A stretch of DNA of 64,000 nt from a virus, in IMG/VR virus record IMGVR_UViG_3300008108_004834, positions 1-64,000 of that record, one strand, 5' to 3'. Both the position numbers and the translations under genes were made by a program. Every line of letters starts with the position of its first letter. Position 1 is the first letter of the stretch. Below the pieces are notes generated by a model. The model had not been told where the DNA came from, did no database searches, and saw only the letters and a program-made list of their open reading frames with translations. Shown one piece after another: positions 1 to 6,797 of the stretch.

Positions 1-95
1 TGAGAATAAATCTCAACAACATCGTATCTTTCCGCAGGACTGCTGTTGCCGTTTGAGCAATAGCACTCTGAGCGAACTGGGGAGCAATCCCCTTT
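1..95 (+). ncRNA. ssrA: tmRNA, 3' part of coding piece (probably two-piece/permuted type; 5' part outside window)
   Basis: 12-56 reads LNNIVSFRRTAVAV*, resembling cyanobacterial ANNIV(S/R/P)F... tags; stop codon lies in the loop of hairpin 41-49/57-65; ends in GGGGA-GCAA-TCCCC hairpin; no T-arm/acceptor follows. Confidence 0.75.
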
Positions 96-98
96 CTT

Positions 99-171
99 GT
101 CCGTGTAGCCCAATGGAAGAGGCAATAGACTAAGGATCTATTTGTTGGAGGTTCGATTCCTCTCACGGACA
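99..171 (+). tRNA. tRNA-Leu(AAG), short variable loop
   Basis: GTCCGTG/CACGGAC acceptor, ATAGA-CT-AAG-GA-TCTAT, TTCGATT T-loop, A73. Confidence 0.9.
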
Positions 172-200
172 TTGACTTTCTTGAGTATCTCTGGTATTCT
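172..200 (+). promoter_or_regulatory. sigma70-like promoter
   Basis: TTGACT-17nt-TATTCT upstream of tRNA-Leu(TAG). Confidence 0.55.
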
Positions 201-211
201 AAAAGTCTTAT

Positions 212-284
212 GGGAGTGTAGCCCAACGGCAGAGGCGGTAGGCTTAGAACCTATACAGTGGAGGTTCAAATCCTCTCACTCCTA
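212..284 (+). tRNA. tRNA-Leu(TAG), short variable loop
   Basis: GGGAGTG/CACTCCT acceptor, GTAGG-CT-TAG-AA-CCTAT. Confidence 0.9.
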
Positions 285-285
285 T

Positions 286-342
286 TGCCAGTTTCTTGAC
301 TGGCACAAGGCACTTGACTCTTCGGTTCAAATGCCTTATATT
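286..342 (+). promoter_or_regulatory. 20-bp dyad plus sigma70-like promoter of HNH gene
   Basis: TGCCAGTT-TCTT-GACTGGCA then TTGACT-17nt-TATATT. Confidence 0.55.
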
Positions 343-384
343 AGATGAGTGGTTGAGTTCTATTAAACGCATTTATTATGTAAA

Positions 385-804
385 ATGGTCATTTGTAAAT
401 CCTGCGGTAAAGAAGTTCCACAACACCCCAAAAAAGGTGGAAGAGCAAAACTTTATTGTGACGAAACTTGCCGCCAAAAGTGGCGTTACAGAAATGATCC
501 ATCTATTATGAATAGAAACACTTACACTGAACAAAAAGAAAGAGCATATTCCAACAAATGGAAAACACTTCAATATAAAGGTGGTAAGTGCCAACAATGT
601 GGCGAAGATAGACCAGCAACTTTATGCTTTCATCATAGAGATCCTTCTCAAAAAGAACTAAAACTTGATGGAAGATCTTTTGCAAATAGAAAATGGGAAA
701 CTATTAAAGAAGAAGTAGATAAATGCGATCTTCTTTGCCATAACTGTCATCATATATTACATTATGGCAACAGTTGGGGAGAGTTTCTACAAACGCTGGT
801 TTAG
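385..804 (+). CDS. HNH endonuclease (putative homing endonuclease) with N-terminal Zn finger
   Basis: CKSC...YCDETC; CQQC...FHHRDP...CDLLCHNCH motifs. Confidence 0.8.
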   Translation: MVICKSCGKEVPQHPKKGGRAKLYCDETCRQKWRYRNDPSIMNRNTYTEQKERAYSNKWKTLQYKGGKCQQCGEDRPATLCFHHRDPSQKELKLDGRSFANRKWETIKEEVDKCDLLCHNCHHILHYGNSWGEFLQTLV

Positions 805-867
805 CTCTCTGGCGAAAGCACTGCCCTCATAAGGCAAGATAGGTCGGTTCGATCCCGACAACCAGCA
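795..867 (+). tRNA. tRNA-Met(CAT) (elongator Met or Ile2)
   Basis: GCTGGTT/AACCAGC acceptor, CT-CAT-AA loop, TTCGATC. Confidence 0.85.
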
Positions 868-868
868 C

Positions 869-897
869 TTGACAATCTCAGTGATATATACTATGAT
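869..897 (+). promoter_or_regulatory. sigma70-like promoter
   Basis: TTGACA-17nt-TATGAT. Confidence 0.65.
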
Positions 898-910
898 TGT
901 CTTGGTTTAA

Positions 911-983
911 GGGAGTGTAGCCCAGCGGAAGAGGCAGTGGACTTAAAATCCATACAGGGTGGGTTCGAATCCCACCACTCCTA
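911..983 (+). tRNA. tRNA-Leu(TAA), short variable loop
   Basis: GGGAGTG/CACTCCT, GTGGA-CT-TAA-AA-TCCAT. Confidence 0.9.
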
Positions 984-987
984 CTTT

Positions 988-1061
988 GCCGAAGTAATCC
1001 AATTGGTAGAGGTGTCCGACTCAAAATCGGAATGTTGTGGGTTCGAATCCCACCTTCGGTA
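988..1061 (+). tRNA. tRNA-Leu(CAA), short variable loop
   Basis: GCCGAAG/CTTCGGT, TCCGA-CT-CAA-AA-TCGGA. Confidence 0.9.
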
Positions 1062-1083
1062 TTGGAGAGTAATCTCCACAATT

Positions 1084-1171
1084 GCCAGTCAGAACAGGTG
1101 TTCAGAGGAGTCTTATAAACTCTTTCCGCCAGATTAGCGGCTTTGGGAGGGTTCGATACCCTCGGCTGGTA
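1084..1171 (+). tRNA. non-canonical tRNA-Ile(TAT) with long variable arm and minimal D-arm
   Basis: GCCAGTC/GGCTGGT, GAAC-AGGT-GTTC, AGGAGT-CT-TAT-AA-ACTCTT, V-arm CCGC/GCGG, GAGGG-TTCGATA-CCCTC. Confidence 0.8.
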
Positions 1172-1280
1172 TTCCATCGGCAGATGGAAAGGCGAATTTG
1201 AGTGATGCATCACTTAGACAAGCCTGGAACAATTATCTAAGGTTCGATTCCCTGGCTCTGGTGAGTTAGATAAAAGTTCC
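1172..1280 (+). ncRNA. unassigned structured RNA: three stems, the last capped by T-loop then D-loop-like elements
   Basis: 1172-78/1183-89; 1190-93/1222-25 and 1197-1205/1210-18; 1226-30/1276-80 and 1233-40/1266-73 enclosing GG-TTCGATT-CC and TGGCTC-TGGT-GAG. Confidence 0.55.
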
Positions 1281-1290
1281 TGAATTTCTT

Positions 1291-1363
1291 ATCAGAGTAG
1301 CTCAATTGGTAGAGCAGCGGTCTCCAAAACTGAAGGTTGCAGGTTCAAGTCCTGTCTCTGGTG
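1291..1363 (+). tRNA. tRNA-Trp(CCA)
   Basis: cloverleaf, CT-CCA-AA, G73. Confidence 0.9.
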
Positions 1364-1367
1364 CCTT

Positions 1368-1439
1368 GCCCTGGTAACTCAGTGGAAGAGTGCTTCGCTA
1401 CGAACGAAGAAGACGGGGGTTCGAATCCCTCTCAGGGTG
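1368..1439 (+). tRNA. tRNA-Arg(ACG)
   Basis: CTTCG-CT-ACG-AA-CGAAG. Confidence 0.9.
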
Positions 1440-1473
1440 CTTGACTTTGAAAAAAGTCATATATATAAAGAAT

Positions 1474-1558
1474 GGAAGGGCAATCCGATTGGCGACGGAA
1501 CCTGTCTTGAAAACAGTTGAGTGTAAAAGCCTTGGGGGTTCGACTCCCCCTCCTTCCG
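1474..1558 (+). tRNA. tRNA-Ser(TGA)
   Basis: GGAAGGG/TCCTTCC, CT-TGA-AA, long variable region, G73. Confidence 0.9.
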
Positions 1559-1577
1559 TTGCTCCTTGTGAGCATAT

Positions 1578-1651
1578 GCCTCCGTAGCTCAGCTGGATAG
1601 AGCAGGGTTTTTGTAAAGCTCAGGTCGCAAGTTCAAGTCTTGTCGGGGGCT
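1578..1651 (+). tRNA. tRNA-Thr(TGT)
   Basis: GCCTCCG/CGGGGGC, TT-TGT-AA. Confidence 0.9.
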
Positions 1652-1679
1652 TGACAATCTAAGATGAATGTCTTATGAT
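1651..1679 (+). promoter_or_regulatory. sigma70-like promoter
   Basis: TTGACA-17nt-TATGAT. Confidence 0.65.
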
Positions 1680-1687
1680 TGTTAGAT

Positions 1688-1759
1688 GCGGATTTAATTC
1701 AGTGGTAGAATGGCTGCCTTCCAAGCAGTTCGTCAGGGGTTCGAATCCCCTAATCCGCT
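1688..1759 (+). tRNA. tRNA-Gly(TCC)
   Basis: GCGGATT/AATCCGC, CT-TCC-AA, U73. Confidence 0.9.
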
Positions 1760-1781
1760 CTTGGAGTTTAACTCCAATTTA

Positions 1782-1856
1782 TGTGGGGAAGTGTAGTGGT
1801 TGCACAGGAGTCTCATAAGCTCCAGGTTGGTGGTTCGATTCCGCCCCCCGCCACCA
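1782..1856 (+). tRNA. tRNA-Met(CAT), initiator-like 1:72 mismatch, encoded CCA
   Basis: TGTGGGG/CCCCGCC-A-CCA, GGAGT-CT-CAT-AA-GCTCC. Confidence 0.8.
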
Positions 1857-1860
1857 ACAT

Positions 1861-1933
1861 TCCCTTATAGCTCAATTGGCAGAGCACGGAGCTGTTAACT
1901 CTGGGGTTCCTGGTTCGAGTCCAGGTGGGGGAG
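1861..1933 (+). tRNA. tRNA-Asn(GTT)
   Basis: TCCCTTA/TGGGGGA, CT-GTT-AA, G73. Confidence 0.9.
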
Positions 1934-1949
1934 TCGGTAGAAATACCAA

Positions 1950-2021
1950 CCTCTGGTAGTCTATTGGTAAGGACAGGCAGACAATGCACTTGGAAACTAG
2001 GTTCGATTCCTAGACAGGGGA
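1950..2021 (+). ncRNA. tRNA-like element with aberrant anticodon arm
   Basis: acceptor CCTCTG/CAGGGG, D-arm GTCT/GGAC, T-arm CTAGG-TTCGATT-CCTAG; anticodon arm only GCA-GACAA-TGC. Confidence 0.6.
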
Positions 2022-2024
2022 AAT

Positions 2025-2096
2025 GGGCGATTAACTCAGCGGTAGAGTGCCTCCTTTACACGGAGATGGTCACTGGTTCGAATCCAGTATCGCCCA
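2025..2096 (+). tRNA. tRNA-Val(TAC)
   Basis: GGGCGAT/ATCGCCC, TT-TAC-AC. Confidence 0.9.
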
Positions 2097-2100
2097 CTTA

Positions 2101-2108
2101 TATAAATA
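2101..2108 (+). promoter_or_regulatory. T4-type late promoter
   Basis: TATAAATA 20 nt upstream of dps. Confidence 0.7.
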
Positions 2109-2127
2109 CTTCAAAAAAAGAAGTATA

Positions 2128-2562
2128 ATGGAAAAACTGTATAAATTACTTAGTGATGTTCAGTCATCACTTTTTGTTTTGTTTCATAAAACTTGGGTAT
2201 TCCATTGGAATGTGGTTGGGGAAGATTTCACTCAACTACATCAACTCTTTGGTGGTCAATACGAAACAATGTTTGAAGAGATTGATCGTCTCTCTGAACA
2301 TATGAGATACTTAAATATTAAACCTCTGAGTTCCCTTTCAAGAATGCTTGAAGTAACTCAGATTCAAGAAGCAGCAAGTTCAACTACATCAGATTCTATG
2401 ATTACTGAACTTTTAGAGAATAATAATAAACTTTGTGAATTGTTGTCTGATATTTCAGAAGAAGCAGAATCTCAAAAGTCTTATGCAACTGCGAATCTTG
2501 TTCAAGACTTGATGGAATCTCACGGAAAATTTATTTGGCAATTAAGATCACATTTACAATGA
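2128..2562 (+). CDS. dps: Dps/ferritin-like DNA protection protein
   Basis: KTWVFHWNVVGEDFTQLHQLF...EEIDRLSEH Dps signature; start moved to ATG 2128 because the upstream part is tRNA-Val. Confidence 0.9.
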   Translation: MEKLYKLLSDVQSSLFVLFHKTWVFHWNVVGEDFTQLHQLFGGQYETMFEEIDRLSEHMRYLNIKPLSSLSRMLEVTQIQEAASSTTSDSMITELLENNNKLCELLSDISEEAESQKSYATANLVQDLMESHGKFIWQLRSHLQ

Positions 2563-2575
2563 AAGGATTAGTAAA

Positions 2576-2827
2576 ATGATTTCAATAAGATGCAAAGATT
2601 GCAATAAAGAATTATCAGGAAATAATACAAAGATTGCTTCCTGTGGTTGCCCGAATATGGCAACAATTAATGGAGATAAAATCTCTGCGGTTGATTTGTC
2701 TCGTATTGTAATGTTAAATTCACTTCAGACAAAAGCAAAATCTTCAGTTCTCACAAATGATGACATTATGTGGCAAGAACAACGTCGCCAACGTAAAGTA
2801 AAGAGATTAGATTTTGAAGTTCGTTGA
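2576..2827 (+). CDS. conserved cyanophage hypothetical (Zn-binding CxxC/CxC)
   Basis: ORF with RBS; CKDC...CGCPN. Confidence 0.65.
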   Translation: MISIRCKDCNKELSGNNTKIASCGCPNMATINGDKISAVDLSRIVMLNSLQTKAKSSVLTNDDIMWQEQRRQRKVKRLDFEVR

Positions 2828-2969
2828 GAACTTTTAGAATCCAATATTTGTAGGTCTTTTTTGGTAATTAATGATACCAATACTTTGTTAATGTTATAGA
2901 ATAAACATAAAATATTAACGTCTTGGTATTGGATATTATTATATAATAGTAATCTATCTAAAAAATCAA

Positions 2970-3119
2970 ATGGACCAACATACTTACGATAATTGGGTCC
3001 GTATTAAAGAGACTTTTGAAAAGTCTGGAAATACCAATAATATGTTTTATAAGAGAGCGTGTGAGATTATAAAAACTAAAAGAGACCCATTGGCAAAATT
3101 TCTTGGAGATGAAAAGTGA
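2970..3119 (+). CDS. small hypothetical protein
   Basis: MDQHTYDNWVRIKETFEKSG..., read from sequence; coupled to next ORF. Confidence 0.55.
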   Translation: MDQHTYDNWVRIKETFEKSGNTNNMFYKRACEIIKTKRDPLAKFLGDEK

Positions 3120-3319
3120 CGAAAACACAAGATGAATTGATTACTCGTTTTGAAGTTCAGGAGATGATTGATGCAGCAATACGAAGACATAACCGCAATG
3201 CTTCTATCATTAGTATGTGCGTCGGTTGGGTGGTGCTTGCTCTATTTGCTGAGGGACTATTAAGACTTATTGGTGTTATTCCACCACTATTACCCTGGCT
3301 CAAAATTACTTTAAACTAA
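3116..3319 (+). CDS. small membrane protein
   Basis: hydrophobic C-terminal segment. Confidence 0.6.
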   Translation: MTKTQDELITRFEVQEMIDAAIRRHNRNASIISMCVGWVVLALFAEGLLRLIGVIPPLLPWLKITLN

Positions 3320-3620
3320 TGGTTCACATTACAGAAGAAGACATAAAAGATCTTTTGCAAAGAGTATTCTTCAAAAAAATGGAAGAACTCTTTGAAGAAC
3401 CATCAACATACGAGGACGAAGAAGATGTTTAAAACAGTCTTGACAGTAGCAGTCATATATACTACAATTATTGGGTTATGGATCATCACATATCCGCAAT
3501 GATTTTTCGCATCGTAGAAGCATTAGCAGCAAATCCATTTTTCCTTTTTCTTTGTGGATTTGGATTGACAATTGTTCCTTTTCTTGGTATTATGTACATA
3601 CATTCAAAAGAAACAGACTC

Positions 3621-3694
3621 CGGGCATTAGCGCAGTTTGGTAGCGCGTTCCGTTTGGGGCGGAAAGGTCATAAGTTCAAATCTTATATGCCCGA
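3621..3694 (+). tRNA. tRNA-Pro(TGG)
   Basis: CGGGCAT/ATGCCCG, TT-TGG-GG. Confidence 0.9.
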
Positions 3695-3711
3695 CTCATA
3701 AAACTTACTTT

Positions 3712-3945
3712 ATGAAAATGAATCAAGAACTAGAAGAACTTCAAACATTTACAATAGAAAGATTTCAAGAAAATTTTGATACTCTAATGAATAGAGTTGA
3801 AAATGGAGAATCTTTTGTCATAACAAGTAAGCACGGAAATGCAGTTATAGTTCCTTATAATGAAGTAGTACGTGTATGTGAAGAAACGGATATTGACTTT
3901 GATGAAATAGTCAAAATCCATACAGACCACGAAGAGGCATCTTAA
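3712..3945 (+). CDS. Phd/YefM-like antitoxin-fold protein
   Basis: FTIERFQENFDTLMNRVENGESFVITSKHGNAVIVP resembles Phd N-domain; acidic tail. Confidence 0.55.
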   Translation: MKMNQELEELQTFTIERFQENFDTLMNRVENGESFVITSKHGNAVIVPYNEVVRVCEETDIDFDEIVKIHTDHEEAS

Positions 3946-3971
3946 CAAAACAGTTTATCTCTGGTCTTTTG

Positions 3972-4023
3972 GGACACTTCCTAAAGTGTCCTACTTGACT
4001 TTCGAAAGTCAACACCCTATAAT
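3972..4023 (+). promoter_or_regulatory. dyad plus sigma70-like promoter
   Basis: GGACACTT-CCTA-AAGTGTCC, TTGACT-17nt-TATAAT. Confidence 0.65.
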
Positions 4024-4045
4024 AACAAGGTCAACAATCAAAACA

Positions 4046-4261
4046 ATGACTCTCACTGCCAAATTTAAGAAAGACGTTCAAACCCTTCGTGGTGCTGCTA
4101 ATGGCGATTTCTACCTTGATGTAAAGAATCCGAAACTTTATAAAAAAGTTCGTCGTTATTATGAGAATGAAGGTGTAGTGTTCTCTGGTGATCCTCTGGA
4201 TGATTATGAAATGCTTATGGAATACGTTCTCTCCGATCTTGAAACTGTTGAGGTTGCATGA
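4046..4261 (+). CDS. conserved cyanophage hypothetical
   Basis: LDVKNPKLYKKVRRYYENEGV motif typical of cyanomyophage/cyanobacterial small proteins. Confidence 0.7.
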   Translation: MTLTAKFKKDVQTLRGAANGDFYLDVKNPKLYKKVRRYYENEGVVFSGDPLDDYEMLMEYVLSDLETVEVA

Positions 4262-4503
4262 GCACCAAAGTTATCCTAGAGCGAGAAGGATTCCGATTTG
4301 TTGAAAAGGGAATTATTGAACTTAACGGCAAACCTGATTATCGCCTTCAAATGCAGGATTATTATTCTAAAAAATGGAATGATGTTTATCTGTTTGACAA
4401 TTCCATGCAATGCTCTCTTGCAATGGAAGACATTGAATATGCCAAATGGTTAACAGATCAACCCTGCTACATTGATGAAAGTGACATTGAGGATTGGGAA
4501 TAA
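4258..4503 (+). CDS. conserved cyanophage hypothetical
   Basis: overlapping ATGA coupling; NGKPDYRLQ motif. Confidence 0.7.
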   Translation: MSTKVILEREGFRFVEKGIIELNGKPDYRLQMQDYYSKKWNDVYLFDNSMQCSLAMEDIEYAKWLTDQPCYIDESDIEDWE

Positions 4504-4533
4504 ATAGTCTGCAACGACTAAAATTGTGTAAGT

Positions 4534-4773
4534 ATGCCCAATACACATATATCCAAAACAAGTGTATTGAGATATATTGGCAATTTGTTCCTGATAATTG
4601 GATATCAAACCATGCTATGGGGAGATTTCAAATATGGTTTAATGTTAAAAGTTGTTGGAGGATTACTTACAGTACCTTTTGCAATTAAACTTAAACTTTG
4701 GGATGTATTATTCTTATGTGCATTCTTTGGAGTTAGTGAGGTTACTAAACTAATTCAACTTTTCTTGGTTTAG
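4534..4773 (+). CDS. small multi-pass membrane protein
   Basis: three hydrophobic segments. Confidence 0.55.
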   Translation: MPNTHISKTSVLRYIGNLFLIIGYQTMLWGDFKYGLMLKVVGGLLTVPFAIKLKLWDVLFLCAFFGVSEVTKLIQLFLV

Positions 4774-4802
4774 TAAAACCAAGTGGTGGAGTCAATGACC
4801 CT
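4756..4802 (+). ncRNA. wcaG/manA-like RNA motif module (tentative)
   Basis: ACT-TTT-CTTGGTTT-AGTA-AAACCAAG-TGGTGGA-GTC-AAT-GAC; located just upstream of gmd-fcl(wcaG). Confidence 0.35.
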
Positions 4803-4814
4803 TTATTACTGTTG

Positions 4815-4842
4815 AGACGGGTTGCATAAATCCGTCTTTTTT
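4815..4842 (+). terminator. intrinsic terminator
   Basis: AGACGG...CCGTCT hairpin followed by T run. Confidence 0.6.
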
Positions 4843-4870
4843 AGTATAATACGAAAAAAATATATCACAT

Positions 4871-5872
4871 ATGAAAAGAGCATTAATTACTGGCATCACG
4901 GGCCAGGATGGATCATATCTTGCTGAACTTCTTTTGATAAAAGGATATGAAGTTCATGGTATTGTTAGAAGGTCTTCTTTAATCAATACCCATAGAATTG
5001 ACCATATATACAATCAAATTAAACTTCATTATGGAGATCTTACAGATTCTACAAATCTTGTAAGAATCATTCAACAAGTTCAACCAGATGAAATTTATAA
5101 TCTTGGTGCCCAGAGTCATGTAAAGGTTTCTTTTGAAATGCCAGAATACACTGGTATGGTTGATGGTCTCGGAACACTTCGCATTCTTGAAGCAGTCCGT
5201 CTTTTGGGAATGGAAAAGAAAACAAGAATCTATCAGGCATCCACTTCTGAGATGTTTGGTAAGGTCCAAGAGATTCCACAGACAGAAACCACACCTTTTT
5301 ATCCCCGTTCACCTTATGGAGTTGCAAAAGTTTATGGATACTGGATCATCAAAAACTACAGAGAATCATATGGACTACATGCAAGTTCTGGAATTCTTTT
5401 CAATCACGAATCCCCTAGAAGAGGAGAAACTTTTGTCACAAGAAAAATCACTCAAGGATTATCACGCATTTCAACTGGGGAACAAGATATACTATATCTC
5501 GGGAATCTGAACGCAAAACGCGACTGGGGACACGCTAAGGACTTCGTAGAGGCGATGTGGTTGATGCTGCAGCAGGAAACCGCCGATGACTATGTAATTG
5601 CCACTGGGGAGCAGTATTCCGTGAAAGATTTTGTTGAAGCAGCAGCACCTTATTTTGGAATAGATATCATTTGGGTAAATGAGGGTCTTAATGAATATGG
5701 TATGGATAAGAATACTATGAAACCCATTATCAAGGTTGATCCTAAATATTTTCGACCTGCTGAAGTAGAGACCTTATTAGGTGATGCCACTAAGGCAAAA
5801 CAAAAATTGGGTTGGCAACCTAAAATTTCATTTGAAGAATTAGTTGAGGAAATGTGTAAGAATGAATCTTGA
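4871..5872 (+). CDS. gmd: GDP-mannose 4,6-dehydratase
   Basis: [37 protein letters not shown]. Confidence 0.97.
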   Translation: MKRALITGITGQDGSYLAELLLIKGYEVHGIVRRSSLINTHRIDHIYNQIKLHYGDLTDSTNLVRIIQQVQPDEIYNLGAQSHVKVSFEMPEYTGMVDGLGTLRILEAVRLLGMEKKTRIYQASTSEMFGKVQEIPQTETTPFYPRSPYGVAKVYGYWIIKNYRESYGLHASSGILFNHESPRRGETFVTRKITQGLSRISTGEQDILYLGNLNAKRDWGHAKDFVEAMWLMLQQETADDYVIATGEQYSVKDFVEAAAPYFGIDIIWVNEGLNEYGMDKNTMKPIIKVDPKYFRPAEVETLLGDATKAKQKLGWQPKISFEELVEEMCKNES

Positions 5873-6797
5873 TAGTAAAATTTTGGTTGCTGGTGCCAAC
5901 GGGATGGTTGGTTCTGCAATCGTGAGAAACCTTGAAGAAAAAGGATATACCAATATCATTAAAGGAACTCGCCATATTGTAGATTTTACAGATCAAGAAG
6001 CAACTGATAGATTTTTCCAGTTAGCAAAACCAGAATATGTTTTTGTTGCCGCTGCCAAAGTTGGTGGTATTATGGCAAACAATAATTATAAAGCAGATTT
6101 TCTGACTGAAAATCTCCGTATTCAAATCAATATTATTGATTCTGCATATTGTTGGAATGTAAAAAAACTTCTTTTTCTTGGTTCTTCTTGCATTTATCCT
6201 AAATTTGCGACTCAACCAATCACAGAGGATCAGTTGATGACTGGTGCTCTGGAACCTACGAATGATGCCTATGCAATCGCCAAGATTGCTGGTATTATGA
6301 TGTGCCAAGCATATCGCCAGCAGCACGGTTTCAACGCCATTTCTTTGATGCCTACGAACCTTTATGGTCCTAATGATAACTTTAATCTGGAAACCTCACA
6401 TGTCCTTCCTGCGATGATTGCAAAGTTTCATGCTGCCCTTGATCATAGTGAGCACTGGGAAGTAAAACTATGGGGTGATGGATCTGCCATGCGTGAATTT
6501 TTGCACGTTGATGATCTTGCTGAGGCATGTTATACTTGTATGCAAAAATATGATGAAGCAGAACACATTAATGTAGGGACTGGTGAGGATGTGACTATTA
6601 GACAACTGGCAGAAACTATTGCCGATGTTGTAGGTTATAATCGCAATATTAATTGGGACACTACAAAACCAAATGGAACTCCCAGAAAGGTATTGAATGT
6701 GGATAAGATTAAAGAACTTGGATGGAAACCGAAAATTGGTCTTCGCGAAGGAATTGAAACAACTTATAATTGGTATAAAAAAAATGATCGGATTTAA
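5862..6797 (+). CDS. fcl: GDP-L-fucose synthase
   Basis: [29 protein letters not shown]. Confidence 0.95.
   Translation: MNLDSKILVAGANGMVGSAIVRNLEEKGYTNIIKGTRHIVDFTDQEATDRFFQLAKPEYVFVAAAKVGGIMANNNYKADFLTENLRIQINIIDSAYCWNVKKLLFLGSSCIYPKFATQPITEDQLMTGALEPTNDAYAIAKIAGIMMCQAYRQQHGFNAISLMPTNLYGPNDNFNLETSHVLPAMIAKFHAALDHSEHWEVKLWGDGSAMREFLHVDDLAEACYTCMQKYDEAEHINVGTGEDVTIRQLAETIADVVGYNRNINWDTTKPNGTPRKVLNVDKIKELGWKPKIGLREGIETTYNWYKKNDRI

Noticed and set aside
1172-1290. HDV-like (theta) ribozyme after a tRNA
   Set aside because: Could not find the nested double-pseudoknot pattern; stems are simple and consecutive.
142-2127. ORF-track proteins at 142, 296, 878, 937, 1390, 1925 and the 2047 N-terminal extension of dps
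   Set aside because: They overlap clear tRNA genes or the HNH gene and are chance frames.
2868-2940. Imperfect AT-rich long hairpin as ncRNA or origin
   Set aside because: Pairing is plausible by chance in very AT-rich DNA; no supporting motif.
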